A DNA stretch of 64,000 bases from a virus, in the IMG/VR virus record IMGVR_UViG_3300043788_000060, positions 1 to 64,000 of that record; one strand, given 5' to 3'. The position numbers and the translations under genes were made by a program. A model generated the notes under the pieces. That model searched no databases, was not told where the DNA came from, and saw only the letters and a list, made by a program, of their open reading frames with translations. This document shows positions 49,074-59,120 of the stretch, piece after piece. How positions within the stretch are numbered: the stretch's first letter is position 1; each line of letters opens with the position of its first letter.

Positions 49074-49853
49074 ATGTATTACATCTATTTGGTAACGAAT
49101 AAAGTCAACGGAAAGATTTATGTTGGTCAGACTGGGTTGACCATAGAGGAACGTTTTAAAAGTCACATCTGGTCTCGGAACAAGGACGATCATTTTCATG
49201 CGGCAATCCGAAAGTATGGAGAAGACGCTTTCGTCATCCAAGAGTTGGGCAAGTTCGAATCTCTCGAAGAAGCCAACAACGCAGAATCTTTGTGGATAAT
49301 CTCCCTTCGATCCTACGACAGCAAAATTGGCTACAACACGAAATTTGGTGGCGAAAACGGAGGAGCCCCCACCGAAGAAACAAGAATCAAAATCGGATTA
49401 GCAAGCAGCCAAAGAGTTCATGCTGCTGAGACTCGGGAAAAGATGCGAAATTCTCATCTCAAACGCCAAGGAAAAACTACTTCCCACGAGGGAGTGGGGG
49501 TTTTTAAAGGACGTTTTCGGGCGAGAATCAAGATTCACGGAAAAGAAATTTCTTTGGGACAACACGATACCATTGAAGAGGCGGTTGAGTTTCGAAAAAA
49601 GAGTTTAGAACGGCTGAGCCAAATCGGACTAGAAGCTTTCACGGGAGAACTAGAAATCTTCCGTAAAGAAGTAAACAAGAAAAGAATCGCAAACCGGCCT
49701 CACAGAGGACCTTTATCTGACGAAGAAAAGGAACAGATTAGTATTCGCACCAAGAAACGATGGGCGAAGAACTTTAATTGGATGGACGCTCAATTCGTTT
49801 CTCCCTTTGTAACGGACGCCCAAACCCAGCAGAACGATCAGGTTGCATCATGA
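49074..49853 (+). CDS. Free-standing GIY-YIG homing endonuclease with NUMOD3-like and AP2-like DNA-binding segments
   Basis: YIYLVTNKVNGKIYVGQT...RFKSH...GYN; ETR.K repeats; GV...GRFRARIKIHGKEISLG.HDTIEEA; promoter at 48983-48993. Confidence 0.88.
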   Translation: MYYIYLVTNKVNGKIYVGQTGLTIEERFKSHIWSRNKDDHFHAAIRKYGEDAFVIQELGKFESLEEANNAESLWIISLRSYDSKIGYNTKFGGENGGAPTEETRIKIGLASSQRVHAAETREKMRNSHLKRQGKTTSHEGVGVFKGRFRARIKIHGKEISLGQHDTIEEAVEFRKKSLERLSQIGLEAFTGELEIFRKEVNKKRIANRPHRGPLSDEEKEQISIRTKKRWAKNFNWMDAQFVSPFVTDAQTQQNDQVAS

Positions 49854-51251
49854 GCTACGAAACTTGGTTTCACGGCACGAACGAGGATTCGGCTCGTCTA
49901 ATTATTCAAACCGGATTTCAACCCGGAACATATTTTGCAAAACACATGGAAGACGCAATCATATTTGGCGGTCCCTGCGTTTTCTGGATTAGAGTAGAAT
50001 GGGAGCGAAAGAGTTTGGACGGATGGCAGCAGATAAGTTCTAACCATATTCCATCCAAGGCAATTGTAGGATTTTTCCTTGGAGAAGGTTGGTTCGAAGA
50101 AGCCAAGGAGGCCGCATGATCGCCTGTTGCGGGAGCCGGGCTATTGCGGATTATTGCAAACGGTGCGGTCGGAATTTAACGGCTCTTGGGCAATACCGAG
50201 ATTATGTTCACTATGTCCCCGGAACTCAGACCCCATGTTTGACCATCGAAGAAGCCCTCGGAATGACCGAAGAGGAATTTGACGAGATAATAAATCCTCT
50301 TCAAGAAGAACTCGCAAGAAAGCTATCCGAAACCATTGACCTTTTAGTAAAGGATTTCACCTAATGCCCGTCTCCCCAGCATCCTCCAGTACCGGCCTGA
50401 CAACTACCACAGCGGTTTTCTACGGCGCGAAAAAGAAACCCAAGCCGAGGAAGAAGCCAAAGAAGAAATGACGGCGCTTTGGATAGTCGGGATAAGTTTA
50501 GGATGCCTTCTTGTAGCCACAATTGCAGCGGCGGTCGTCATCGGCATTGCTAAACAAGCTATCAACTATTTCATTGGTCGCTCTCGATGACGACGATCTA
50601 GTAGCCGACGGAACCCTGTCCGAAGAAGAACTGAAAGAAGCGGTCGAGAAATTCAGGCGGCTGCGGTCGGCGCACTCCGAAGTTTGGGAAGAAGAGGAGT
50701 CCGATGTTTAAAAAGGTCCGCCTGAGCCTGCCTGCCTATTATTGCGTTCTTGGACAGTTCCCGCATTGTGACCAAAGAATTCTTCACGCCCGGGGCGAGT
50801 GCCAATATTGTGATAAGCACCCAGACTGGCAAGCTCTTCGGGAGGCGTGGGGAATATCCTTTACTGGATACGAACCGGAAGACAAAGAATTGCCCTGTCC
50901 GGCGGATTATGCACGAGGAGATTCTCATAAGCTCTGGTATGGAAACGTAGCAGCGAAGGAGTCCGAATAATGGACAAATTCAACCCATTTCGCAAGCTGG
51001 TCCCAAAGTCCAACCGAGTTGTCGGCGCAGTCAAAGCAATCCCGCTGTGGTTCCGGCCTAACATCAAACCGTGGGGTTACTACTCCGGAAGATTGGAAAG
51101 TCGTCCGGATTTCCGGAGACCGAACAGGGTACATCGAATCGAGATTTGTGCAGTAGTTTTTTACTGCATTTGCAGTAAAATGCCCGAGAGGGCCAAAACC
51201 AACTGACTTTAATTCTGAGCACCTAGTCAGTGTGCTGTTCAAGGAGAACAC

Positions 51252-52196
51252 ATGATGTACACGCAGGGATACATAGCATCTTTGAAGGTCGGAGGTAAAA
51301 TCCTCCGGGAATCAAACGGAACAGTTTCGCTCCCATTTGGGTCTGAATATTCCGTGCTCCTCAAAAACAAACTCTCCCGTCGGGCTCAAGTCAAAGTCGA
51401 AGTAGACGGCCAAGACGCGACCGAGGGAACCAAGCTGATCCTGCCCGCAAACGGATCGCTGGAGCTAGAACGCTTTATCAAGTCTGGCAACCTAAAAGCG
51501 GGCAACAAGTTCAAGTTTATCGAACGGACTTCGAAGATCGAAGAACACCGGGGAATCAAAGAAGACGACGGCTTGATCCGAATCGAATTCTGGGCTGAGA
51601 AAGAAGTCGTAGATGTACCGGTTGTCCGGCATCATTATTACGATGATTGGGTTCCAGTCCGCAGATATTACTGGGATCGCCCGTGGTATGATCCGTACTA
51701 CCCGACATGGCCTCAACCGACGATTACTTGGAATTCCAATTCCGGTATCCAAACTTCCTGCTATAATACAAGCGGAAGTTTAGGAGAGGCACAAAGCGAT
51801 AATCTGGGCTCGGCGCAAAATTTTTCTGGCAGTTTGCAAAAATCTTCTGCGAGACAGACCAGAAGTCTACACCCGCAAGCGTCTAGCGGCATCACTCGCG
51901 ATTCAGGTCAGCAAGTTCATGCTCAGAACTGCATGATGGCGGAAACCAGTTTCAACGACGCAGGAATCACGGTCCCGGGAAGTCACTCAAACCAAGAGTT
52001 CCAAAGCACTTACGGGTTTGAAACCGAATCGAACAGTCACGTGATTGTACTTCAGTTGCGGGGTGTGGTTGGGGACAAACCAGTCGTAGTTCCGGTTACC
52101 GTAGACCACAAGCCGGTCTGCCCAACCTGCGGAACTACAAACAAGGCGCAAAATAAATTCTGCAAAGAATGCGGAACGGCCTTGCAATTAGTCTAA
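51252..52196 (+). CDS. Hypothetical protein with C-terminal zinc ribbon
   Basis: RBS AAGGAG; CPTCG...FCKECG. Confidence 0.75.
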   Translation: MMYTQGYIASLKVGGKILRESNGTVSLPFGSEYSVLLKNKLSRRAQVKVEVDGQDATEGTKLILPANGSLELERFIKSGNLKAGNKFKFIERTSKIEEHRGIKEDDGLIRIEFWAEKEVVDVPVVRHHYYDDWVPVRRYYWDRPWYDPYYPTWPQPTITWNSNSGIQTSCYNTSGSLGEAQSDNLGSAQNFSGSLQKSSARQTRSLHPQASSGITRDSGQQVHAQNCMMAETSFNDAGITVPGSHSNQEFQSTYGFETESNSHVIVLQLRGVVGDKPVVVPVTVDHKPVCPTCGTTNKAQNKFCKECGTALQLV

Positions 52197-52216
52197 AGTG
52201 TGGTATAATGTATTTG

Positions 52217-53005
52217 TTAGGTAGCGGGTTTCACCGGCCAAGGCGGAGTCTTTAAGCGAGAACAAAAACGGGAATGACTCTAACCGGTAGAGTGACCTTG
52301 GTTTGCAGATAGCAACATAACCGCCCAGAGCGTGATTATGCTGCCTATAAATTTCGAGTTTGCGTAAATCGAGGGATGCTGGCTACTGAGGAGCGAAGGT
52401 AGCTGGATCGGGAACTTCCCAAACCACCCCGATCTTTGCCCTCCTTGCTCAGAAATGACGATTTACGCAATGAAGGTGAGGGCCACGGTTGGTCATACGT
52501 CCAAACTGTTGGGTAGGTACTGGATGGGACAGCCTCCAACAGCCCGTGGCCTGATTCCCAAAGGACAACATGATTGATTCAGAGTTTGGTTGGTGGCGTA
52601 GTTGGATTAGTGAGCTTCTTTCCTAGATCGATCTGGGAAAGATGAACCAGAGGTAGTTTCAGTTCAGCCCTCTCACCCCCGGAAGTCATGAGCCGGACTC
52701 GGGTGCTTATTAGAACTGAAGCGGGGATGGGGCTCGGGTTTGGCCTCAACGCATACCCACGGGGTTCATTACCCAACAGGCCCAACATTTTAGGTTTGAC
52801 CCTCTTCGGAGGAGAACAGCAACAAGCGGAACTTTAGTTCACACAAACTTGAGTTTTGACGCATCCCCCTCGCCCGGTACCTGCTTGTTTGGGGTGGCCC
52901 CTGAATTCCTAGGAATTCAGTAATCCGGTGGTCAAATGGTGGTGACACCTACCAGCCTGTGTGGGCAAAGTGGTGTGACTCTAGCATTCTCAGAGTAGAA
53001 GCTTA
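52217..53005 (+). ncRNA. Large structured ncRNA candidate (about 790 nt)
   Basis: Promoter at 52199-52209, no plus-strand ORF of 60 aa or more, many long helices. Confidence 0.65.
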
Positions 53006-53038
53006 ATTTCGTCCAGATAATGGACTAGGGAGAAAACG

Positions 53039-53194
53039 ATGGCACCAAAGCATCCGGGGTTCAAAGCAGTTCAATCGAAGATCGCAGGAGAAGGCTATAG
53101 CAAGAAAGCAGCCGGAGCGATCCTCGCAAACGCGACACGAAATGCCAGCAAGTCTGCGAAGGCAAAGAACCCCAAACTCCGCAAAGTCAAGTAG
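53039..53194 (+). CDS. Small basic phage protein (MAPKHPGFKAVQ...)
   Basis: Hand-translated 51 aa; RBS GGGAG. Confidence 0.65.
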   Translation: MAPKHPGFKAVQSKIAGEGYSKKAAGAILANATRNASKSAKAKNPKLRKVK

Positions 53195-53422
53195 ATGGAA
53201 GAATCTCTTCAAATCCACCACAGCGAGCAGATTCACTGGGCTTCCTACGATCCGGACACCCAGCAATTGAACCTGACGCTCAACGACCGGAGAAAGCACG
53301 GGTATTCGCCGGTCCCCCAAAAGGTGGTTAACGGATTTGTCCGCGCTAAATCCCACGGGGATTTTTTCCACAAGAACATCAGAAACAACCCGAATTACCG
53401 ATACCACGGAAAGGTAGAATGA
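53195..53422 (+). CDS. KTSC-domain protein
   Basis: S.QI...SYDPDTQQL...Y..VP......F..A.SHG.FF..NIR. Confidence 0.8.
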   Translation: MEESLQIHHSEQIHWASYDPDTQQLNLTLNDRRKHGYSPVPQKVVNGFVRAKSHGDFFHKNIRNNPNYRYHGKVE

Positions 53423-53748
53423 ACATGAAACTGGCTTTACTTTCAGTGTTCCTAGCGTTACCACTTTTGCTTCCGGCGCAAGTCGTGGTTTCTCCCGCCC
53501 CGGAAACGACCGTGACCTTGTCTGGAGCGGGCACAATTTCCTCCTACAGTATTTTGGTTTCAACGGGGGACCCATGTGCGCTATACGGGGGAAAACAACT
53601 CAAGGATGGAACCTGTCAAACGACCTTTGATTTTCATATGGGTCCGGACAATTCCGTTTGTCTCTTGCATTTTTCTCTAAAACTCTGGCACGATCCGAAG
53701 GTAATTTGCACTTGGACTCCCAACACCTCGAAAGGAAACACCAAATGA
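53419..53748 (+). CDS. Secreted-type hypothetical protein
   Basis: Signal peptide MKLALLSVFLALPLLLPA|Q. Confidence 0.6.
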   Translation: MNMKLALLSVFLALPLLLPAQVVVSPAPETTVTLSGAGTISSYSILVSTGDPCALYGGKQLKDGTCQTTFDFHMGPDNSVCLLHFSLKLWHDPKVICTWTPNTSKGNTK

Positions 53749-54056
53749 AGAAAGTATCCGGCCTACTGGCGGTACTGTTCGCCGCAACACTCGTAGCACA
53801 AACACCGCTTCCGCCTAAGATTCCGGTGGAAGTTCTCAAACAGTTTTATGCGGCAGACGCCGCCCAGCAAAGGGCCCAGCGCGAATTGGATTCAGCGCAG
53901 AGAGATATCCAATCAGCAAACGACGGCTGGAAGCAGGCTGTTAGTTCTCTACAAAAGATTTGTGGAGATAAATTTGCTCTGAAACAGGATACAGTCAACA
54001 CCGACCCGTATTGTGTGGCCAAACCTGAACCAGAGAAACCATCTGAAAAGAAATAA
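53745..54056 (+). CDS. Secreted-type coiled-coil protein
   Basis: Signal peptide MKKVSGLLAVLFAATLVA|Q; RBS AAGGA. Confidence 0.6.
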   Translation: MKKVSGLLAVLFAATLVAQTPLPPKIPVEVLKQFYAADAAQQRAQRELDSAQRDIQSANDGWKQAVSSLQKICGDKFALKQDTVNTDPYCVAKPEPEKPSEKK

Positions 54057-54155
54057 GCTCGGCTCGGCGCTTTATCCTCCTTTCTCGCCGAGTCACCGGG
54101 GACGGAATAATTCCTCCTTCCTCCGTCCCCGGAGTTCTTCAATCGAAAGGCTTTT

Positions 54156-54521
54156 ATGACAAACTGGCGCACTTTCCAACCGGTGTCGAAAGAAGAACAC
54201 CTGATTCTCATTAACGAAATTCAACTTCTCCGAAAGGAAATTAAAGAACTCATGAGCACCGTACCTACTGGACTAGCAGCACTTACCCAAGCCGATGCCG
54301 ATCTCGCGGCAGCAATCACAGCTAACACCACCGAAACCACCGCAGTTGTTGCGGCAATTGCAGCACTTAGCGCACAGCTTACTGCGCTGAATAGCGAGGA
54401 CCCGCAGGTAGCGACTATCGCCGCCGATCTCGAAACCAAAGTTGCTGCCCTGACAGCGAATACAACCGCGTTGACAGCCGCTATTGCTCCGCCCGCATCG
54501 ACAACCCCAGCAGCTTCCTAA
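54156..54521 (+). CDS. Ala/Thr-rich coiled-coil protein
   Basis: Heptad-like composition. Confidence 0.6.
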   Translation: MTNWRTFQPVSKEEHLILINEIQLLRKEIKELMSTVPTGLAALTQADADLAAAITANTTETTAVVAAIAALSAQLTALNSEDPQVATIAADLETKVAALTANTTALTAAIAPPASTTPAAS

Positions 54522-55179
54522 CCATGCGCCGTCTACTGTTTGACCTTTCGCTTCCGTTCGTTATCTGTTGGGGATTACTTATCTGGTTTATCGCCAACTG
54601 CGGAAATGGGGGCGATTGGCAAACATGGATGGAAGACCATCTTTCGTAGTTTGCGCGGGGAGCCTAAATACACCGGCCAAGACTCTGAGAGGGCCGGACG
54701 CGCAAAGTTTTAATGTCCGAATAATGGACAGCAGGTTGCCTTTCACAGAGGAGTCGAACCGCTGGTTTACTAGCCCTAATCTGGCGGCAAGGTTACTTTA
54801 ACAGGTTGTTCCAAGGAGCAGGACTCGCCGCAGACGATCTCTACGGAGGAGCAGTTTCTGAAGCGCAACCGGGCAACGTCATCGTAATATCCGAAACGAA
54901 TCGCGACCTGCCCTTTTTACTTCCATGCCAAATCATATCAAAAATCTCGGTATATGTGCTCTTTGCAGACAAGAGGTATTGTCAGTAATGGACCTAAAGG
55001 AGCATGTCATGGGAGATGTTAATAAAAATGGTTTGATTGGCTGGTCCGAAGGGAAAGATTTATCTCCTCTTTGAAAGCAACTTTGGTGCAGCAAATGTAT
55101 TGCTCGCATCCACCCACGGATATGTATCTGTCCACATTGCAAAGCCGCCAAACTATCCGAATAATGGACTAAGGAACTC

Positions 55180-55650
55180 ATGCCAATCGATCCGCTCGAT
55201 AGTATCCACATCACCAAAAACTTCCCAGACCACGTCCTCTTAGATATTGCTCGCAACGGTTCCGCCCAGCAAGATTACCGGTTACTCGCTGTTGAAATCC
55301 TGAACGCCCGCAAGTCTCCCAAACTACAGCATCCGGACATACAATTTCTGGTTCGTGATTTGGAAATCGAGTTGGAAGGAATTGTGTTTGAGCACCCGGC
55401 CCCCTCGGGACCGGGGCCGCTGACTGCTGGTGTGACGACCGCGACTATGTTTGCGGACGTGCCGATTCAAAACGAGTTTACGGGGTTTGAGTCCATCGAT
55501 ATGGACTCCTTGCGTGAGGATGGAATTCTTGTAGATGCTGTAACAACGGAGGTCATCTCTGACATTCCGCCGACAGAGCCCGAAGCCGTTTCGACCAAGC
55601 CGAAGAGAAATCCAAAGCCACCAAAGGATAAACCCGATGCCGCCGAATGA
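55180..55650 (+). CDS. Hypothetical protein
   Basis: RBS AAGGA just after a copy of the 15-bp repeat. Confidence 0.6.
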   Translation: MPIDPLDSIHITKNFPDHVLLDIARNGSAQQDYRLLAVEILNARKSPKLQHPDIQFLVRDLEIELEGIVFEHPAPSGPGPLTAGVTTATMFADVPIQNEFTGFESIDMDSLREDGILVDAVTTEVISDIPPTEPEAVSTKPKRNPKPPKDKPDAAE

Positions 55651-56263
55651 TCCCGCAGTATATGTCGTCCGGCACGGGCGAACTGAACTCAACGCAACCC
55701 AAAAATTTAGAGGAAACGCCAATCCCCCTCTTGATAGTGTCGGAATAAAGCAAGCCCATAAATTAGCCAGCCTGTTCTCAAACATTCCAATCTCCCACAT
55801 CTTCTGCTCCGATAAACAGCGAGCAACTAAAACAGCCGAAATCATAGCGCAAGCCAAGGGTGGTCAGATTCACCAGTCCGAAGCCTTACGGGCTCTTAAT
55901 GTAGGAGAATTCTCCGGCAAACCCCGCAACAAAGAATCCGAAGCAGAACTTCAGCAGTATCTCGATGACCCTGATTGCTGCATACCCGGTGGAGAGTCGT
56001 TAAACGACTTTAGAGCCCGCATCAGACCCTGTCTACTAGAAGCGATAGATATTTATCTTGAGTGCGGAGTGCCTCCCATGTTGGTCGCGCATTCCTCGGT
56101 GGTTCATGAGGTTTCGAATATCGCAACAGGTAATCATAAAAAGATTCTAGTAGAGCCCGGCGGAGCAATCGCTGTGTACTGCGATGGCGGAAAAATTACC
56201 GCCGAACCAATTTTCAAACCAGTCAAGATTGAGCACGGAACACCCGCTCAGATTATCACATAA
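55637..56263 (+). CDS. Histidine phosphatase family protein
   Basis: VVRHGRT...N, SD..RA..TA, GES, VAHS. Confidence 0.9.
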   Translation: MPPNDPAVYVVRHGRTELNATQKFRGNANPPLDSVGIKQAHKLASLFSNIPISHIFCSDKQRATKTAEIIAQAKGGQIHQSEALRALNVGEFSGKPRNKESEAELQQYLDDPDCCIPGGESLNDFRARIRPCLLEAIDIYLECGVPPMLVAHSSVVHEVSNIATGNHKKILVEPGGAIAVYCDGGKITAEPIFKPVKIEHGTPAQIIT

Positions 56264-56308
56264 TTCACAAACCCGCTCTGCGGGCATAATCAAACAAAGG
56301 AAACAATC

Positions 56309-56989
56309 ATGTCCAATCCAGCATCAATAGCGGGTTTCACGGGTTCCGGTACTGTACGCAATACGTGGCCCACGCAAACTGTGGCTACCGTCACGGAAAC
56401 AATTTTACAGATCAACACCGACGGATCGGCGGTAGGAGCCTACATAACGGTGCCTACTGGCGGTCAGTATTTGGGTGCCCAAACCAACCTTAACGTAAAC
56501 GCTAACGCCTCCATTACGGGACGTTCAGGCCGTCATTACGGCCTAGCCGCAGGCGTATCAAACGATCAATTCTCTTCTGAATCTTGGAGCGGTCGCCCGT
56601 TCTTTGTCCGGGTATCCGGAATAGGTAATGCAGGCGCTAACGCTGCTCAGTCAATTCAGGTTAACCTATATCAGGGTTCATCGGCAACCGTAGCTTCGAA
56701 CAAGAAGGTTGGAACGACCGGAACGGGCCTTGCAGCAGTGGCTGGCGGCGCGTTCAACTTCTATGTGGAAGCGGAGATGCTGTGGGACCCAACATCGCAG
56801 ATTTTGTCCGGTTCGTACACAGCAAACATTGCCTTCGGAACTACGTCACAGTTCACAACTACGACTGTTTCTCCAAGCGTTGTGGCTTCGGTAACCGCAG
56901 CAAACTTGGTGTTCAACGCAACGTTGGTTCTTGGTAACGGTGCGTCGAGCACTATCACGGTCAAGGAATTTGTGATCGACCAAATCTAA
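56309..56989 (+). CDS. Putative virion structural protein, paralog of 35124-35771
   Basis: Gly/Thr/Ala-rich beta protein with the shared motifs. Confidence 0.65.
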   Translation: MSNPASIAGFTGSGTVRNTWPTQTVATVTETILQINTDGSAVGAYITVPTGGQYLGAQTNLNVNANASITGRSGRHYGLAAGVSNDQFSSESWSGRPFFVRVSGIGNAGANAAQSIQVNLYQGSSATVASNKKVGTTGTGLAAVAGGAFNFYVEAEMLWDPTSQILSGSYTANIAFGTTSQFTTTTVSPSVVASVTAANLVFNATLVLGNGASSTITVKEFVIDQI

Positions 56990-57361
56990 AGTAACCGAGT
57001 TTCCGGCCTCGACAAAACCGGATTGTCCGAATAATGGACTACGGAGTCAAAATGTCAGTTGTTATTAAGATTCTCCATGAACGGGACTGGAACGGAAGAG
57101 AGTACGCGGAAGCGGCTATCAGGGACCCCAGACTTACGTCTGACGCGATTTCCGGAGTCATCGGTTACGTTGTCGCGGCCCTTGTCAAACATCCTTCGGA
57201 TGGGGCAGTTACCCTTGAAAGGGCTATCGCTGTAACCGCCGATAACTCCGAAGACAATGAACTCGCCGAGTCAGTCGTCAAAACCATCGAACGCAAACTG
57301 AACGAGGCTTTTCCTGACCCAAATCAACAGGAAGTTCCCGAAGTCTCGCTCTGGGTACCCG

Positions 57362-58078
57362 ATGGCAATTGAGTCTGATTACGACGTACTTGACTACGAA
57401 GCTGGAGCGGACAACGAAGTTCGTGGACAAGAATGTTGTAGCTGCTTTCGACTACTCCGGTGGGAGTTCTTCGATAGAAATTCTGCCTATAAAAACGGCT
57501 ACTCTCCGCAATGTAGCTGGTGCAAGCAACAGCCCGTTCTTAGCGTAGCCGAGCACACCGCTCGTTTACGGCAGATGAACTACAACTCCGATGGAACCAA
57601 ACGTCAGAGGCACATAGATCAAGACGAGTTCCATAAAGAGCGCAAGGGCGAAGTCGTGGACTTTTCCTTGTTCCTTCAGAAACTCCACCACATCTATCCA
57701 AATCTCTATATCACCCCCGGAGCAGTAACCGTAAACGGTAAAATCGCCGATATCTCACTGTTCGCCACCAGCGGCGTAGCCAAATCCGAATGGAGAGGCC
57801 AAACCGCAAAATACATGGGATACATTACCATAGGCCCCATGCCCGAGTACAACGAGTACGAGTTCGATTCGAGAGATATTATGCTACGAGCAACTCGGAT
57901 TGGATGGAGAGATGTCCTTCTTCGGTTTATCAAGAACGGAATTTTGACCGAAGAACAATGTAACAGAGAATTTGGACCCCCGTCTGGGTTCGCAGATTCG
58001 ACCTACTGGTACAAGAAATTGCATCAGTTTAGAAATTCCAAGAAACTCGTAAACACACCTTCCGTTAGTTCGGATTGA
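57362..58078 (+). CDS. Hypothetical protein with N-terminal CxxC...CxxC
   Basis: ORF within the plus-strand operon. Confidence 0.65.
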   Translation: MAIESDYDVLDYEAGADNEVRGQECCSCFRLLRWEFFDRNSAYKNGYSPQCSWCKQQPVLSVAEHTARLRQMNYNSDGTKRQRHIDQDEFHKERKGEVVDFSLFLQKLHHIYPNLYITPGAVTVNGKIADISLFATSGVAKSEWRGQTAKYMGYITIGPMPEYNEYEFDSRDIMLRATRIGWRDVLLRFIKNGILTEEQCNREFGPPSGFADSTYWYKKLHQFRNSKKLVNTPSVSSD

Positions 58079-58092
58079 ACTAGGAGCCCGAA

Positions 58093-58695
58093 ATGTCCAT
58101 AAAACCCATCAAGCCCAAATCAGATTCACCCGAAGAGCCAGTTTCAGCAAACGTTGAAATTCCCCCAGTCGTTGAAACTGCTGTAGATACTAGCGCGAAG
58201 CCCTTGTCTACCGAGCAGTTGCTTCAGATCATCGTTTCCCTGCAACAGGACAACGCCAAAGCGAACGCCGCTCTGGCCAACGCTATCTTGGAAACCACCA
58301 AGCCCCGCGAAGTTCTCAAGACTAAAGAGCAACTCGCTCGGGAAGCCAACGACAAGATTTTCGAAGAGCAAGCCAAAGAAACCAGACGGCGTCAGAGGCA
58401 AACCAAGCAAACCGAGCAAGAACAGTGCGACCACATCGCCGGTAGTCTTGGAGAGACCCGAGACGTTCACCAACGTACCTCGATTGTCTGGCACCGCACA
58501 GACGCTCAAGTGGACATCGGAATTTGCTCAACCTGCCAGCGATTGTTCCACCCCGAAGACCCGGTCGATGCCCAAGGCCACAACTATTCGTATTGGCGTC
58601 GTAAGGGCTCGTTCAACCGCATCTCCGCAGCCGGTGTCCGCCAGTTTATGGACCCGCTCCGAGCCCAACACGATTCGTTTTTGCGCGACAGCTAA
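58093..58695 (+). CDS. Hypothetical coiled-coil/Zn-binding protein
   Basis: RBS AGGAG; CDH...CSTC. Confidence 0.65.
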   Translation: MSIKPIKPKSDSPEEPVSANVEIPPVVETAVDTSAKPLSTEQLLQIIVSLQQDNAKANAALANAILETTKPREVLKTKEQLAREANDKIFEEQAKETRRRQRQTKQTEQEQCDHIAGSLGETRDVHQRTSIVWHRTDAQVDIGICSTCQRLFHPEDPVDAQGHNYSYWRRKGSFNRISAAGVRQFMDPLRAQHDSFLRDS

Positions 58696-58705
58696 CTGAG
58701 GATAT

Positions 58706-59119
58706 ATGGAAGAACTTCTTGATTATGAAAGCTGGGTACGCCAGTTCATAGAGAACCTGTTCTCCTATTTTGATATTGTTGGATGGGAACTCCGCATTGA
58801 ATTTGCTAACGCTCCATCGGAAAAACACGGGGGAAATGCCTACGCAAGTATCGATGTGGAGCCCACCTATCAAATGGCCACCATTACCTGCTTTCCAATC
58901 GTAAAAGAAGATTTTGACGAGAAGAAGATAGATGACATGGTCCAACGCCTGACTCACGAAGTCGTGCATGTTTTCCTCTCTCCGTTTCAAGAATTTGTAG
59001 AACCCCACCTCTCGACAACCACTTCTCCTTATTTCAATAAAATCCTAGAACAGCAGACGCAAAAGCTGACGATGGTTTTCTTGAAAACCCTTCCTAAAAA
59101 TCTAATCCCACCAAGGTAG
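58706..59119 (+). CDS. HExxH metallopeptidase-like protein
   Basis: LTHEVVH motif. Confidence 0.55.
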   Translation: MEELLDYESWVRQFIENLFSYFDIVGWELRIEFANAPSEKHGGNAYASIDVEPTYQMATITCFPIVKEDFDEKKIDDMVQRLTHEVVHVFLSPFQEFVEPHLSTTTSPYFNKILEQQTQKLTMVFLKTLPKNLIPPR

Positions 59120-59120
59120 C

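Larger units (their letters stand above)
7583..52209. promoter_or_regulatory. Family of 12 extended -10 promoters (Y)GTGGTATAAT
   Basis: Minus strand: 7583, 11504, 15194, 20130. Plus strand: 26598, 26778, 27355, 30248, 31888, 46735, 48983, 52199. All are in the sense orientation. Confidence 0.75.
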
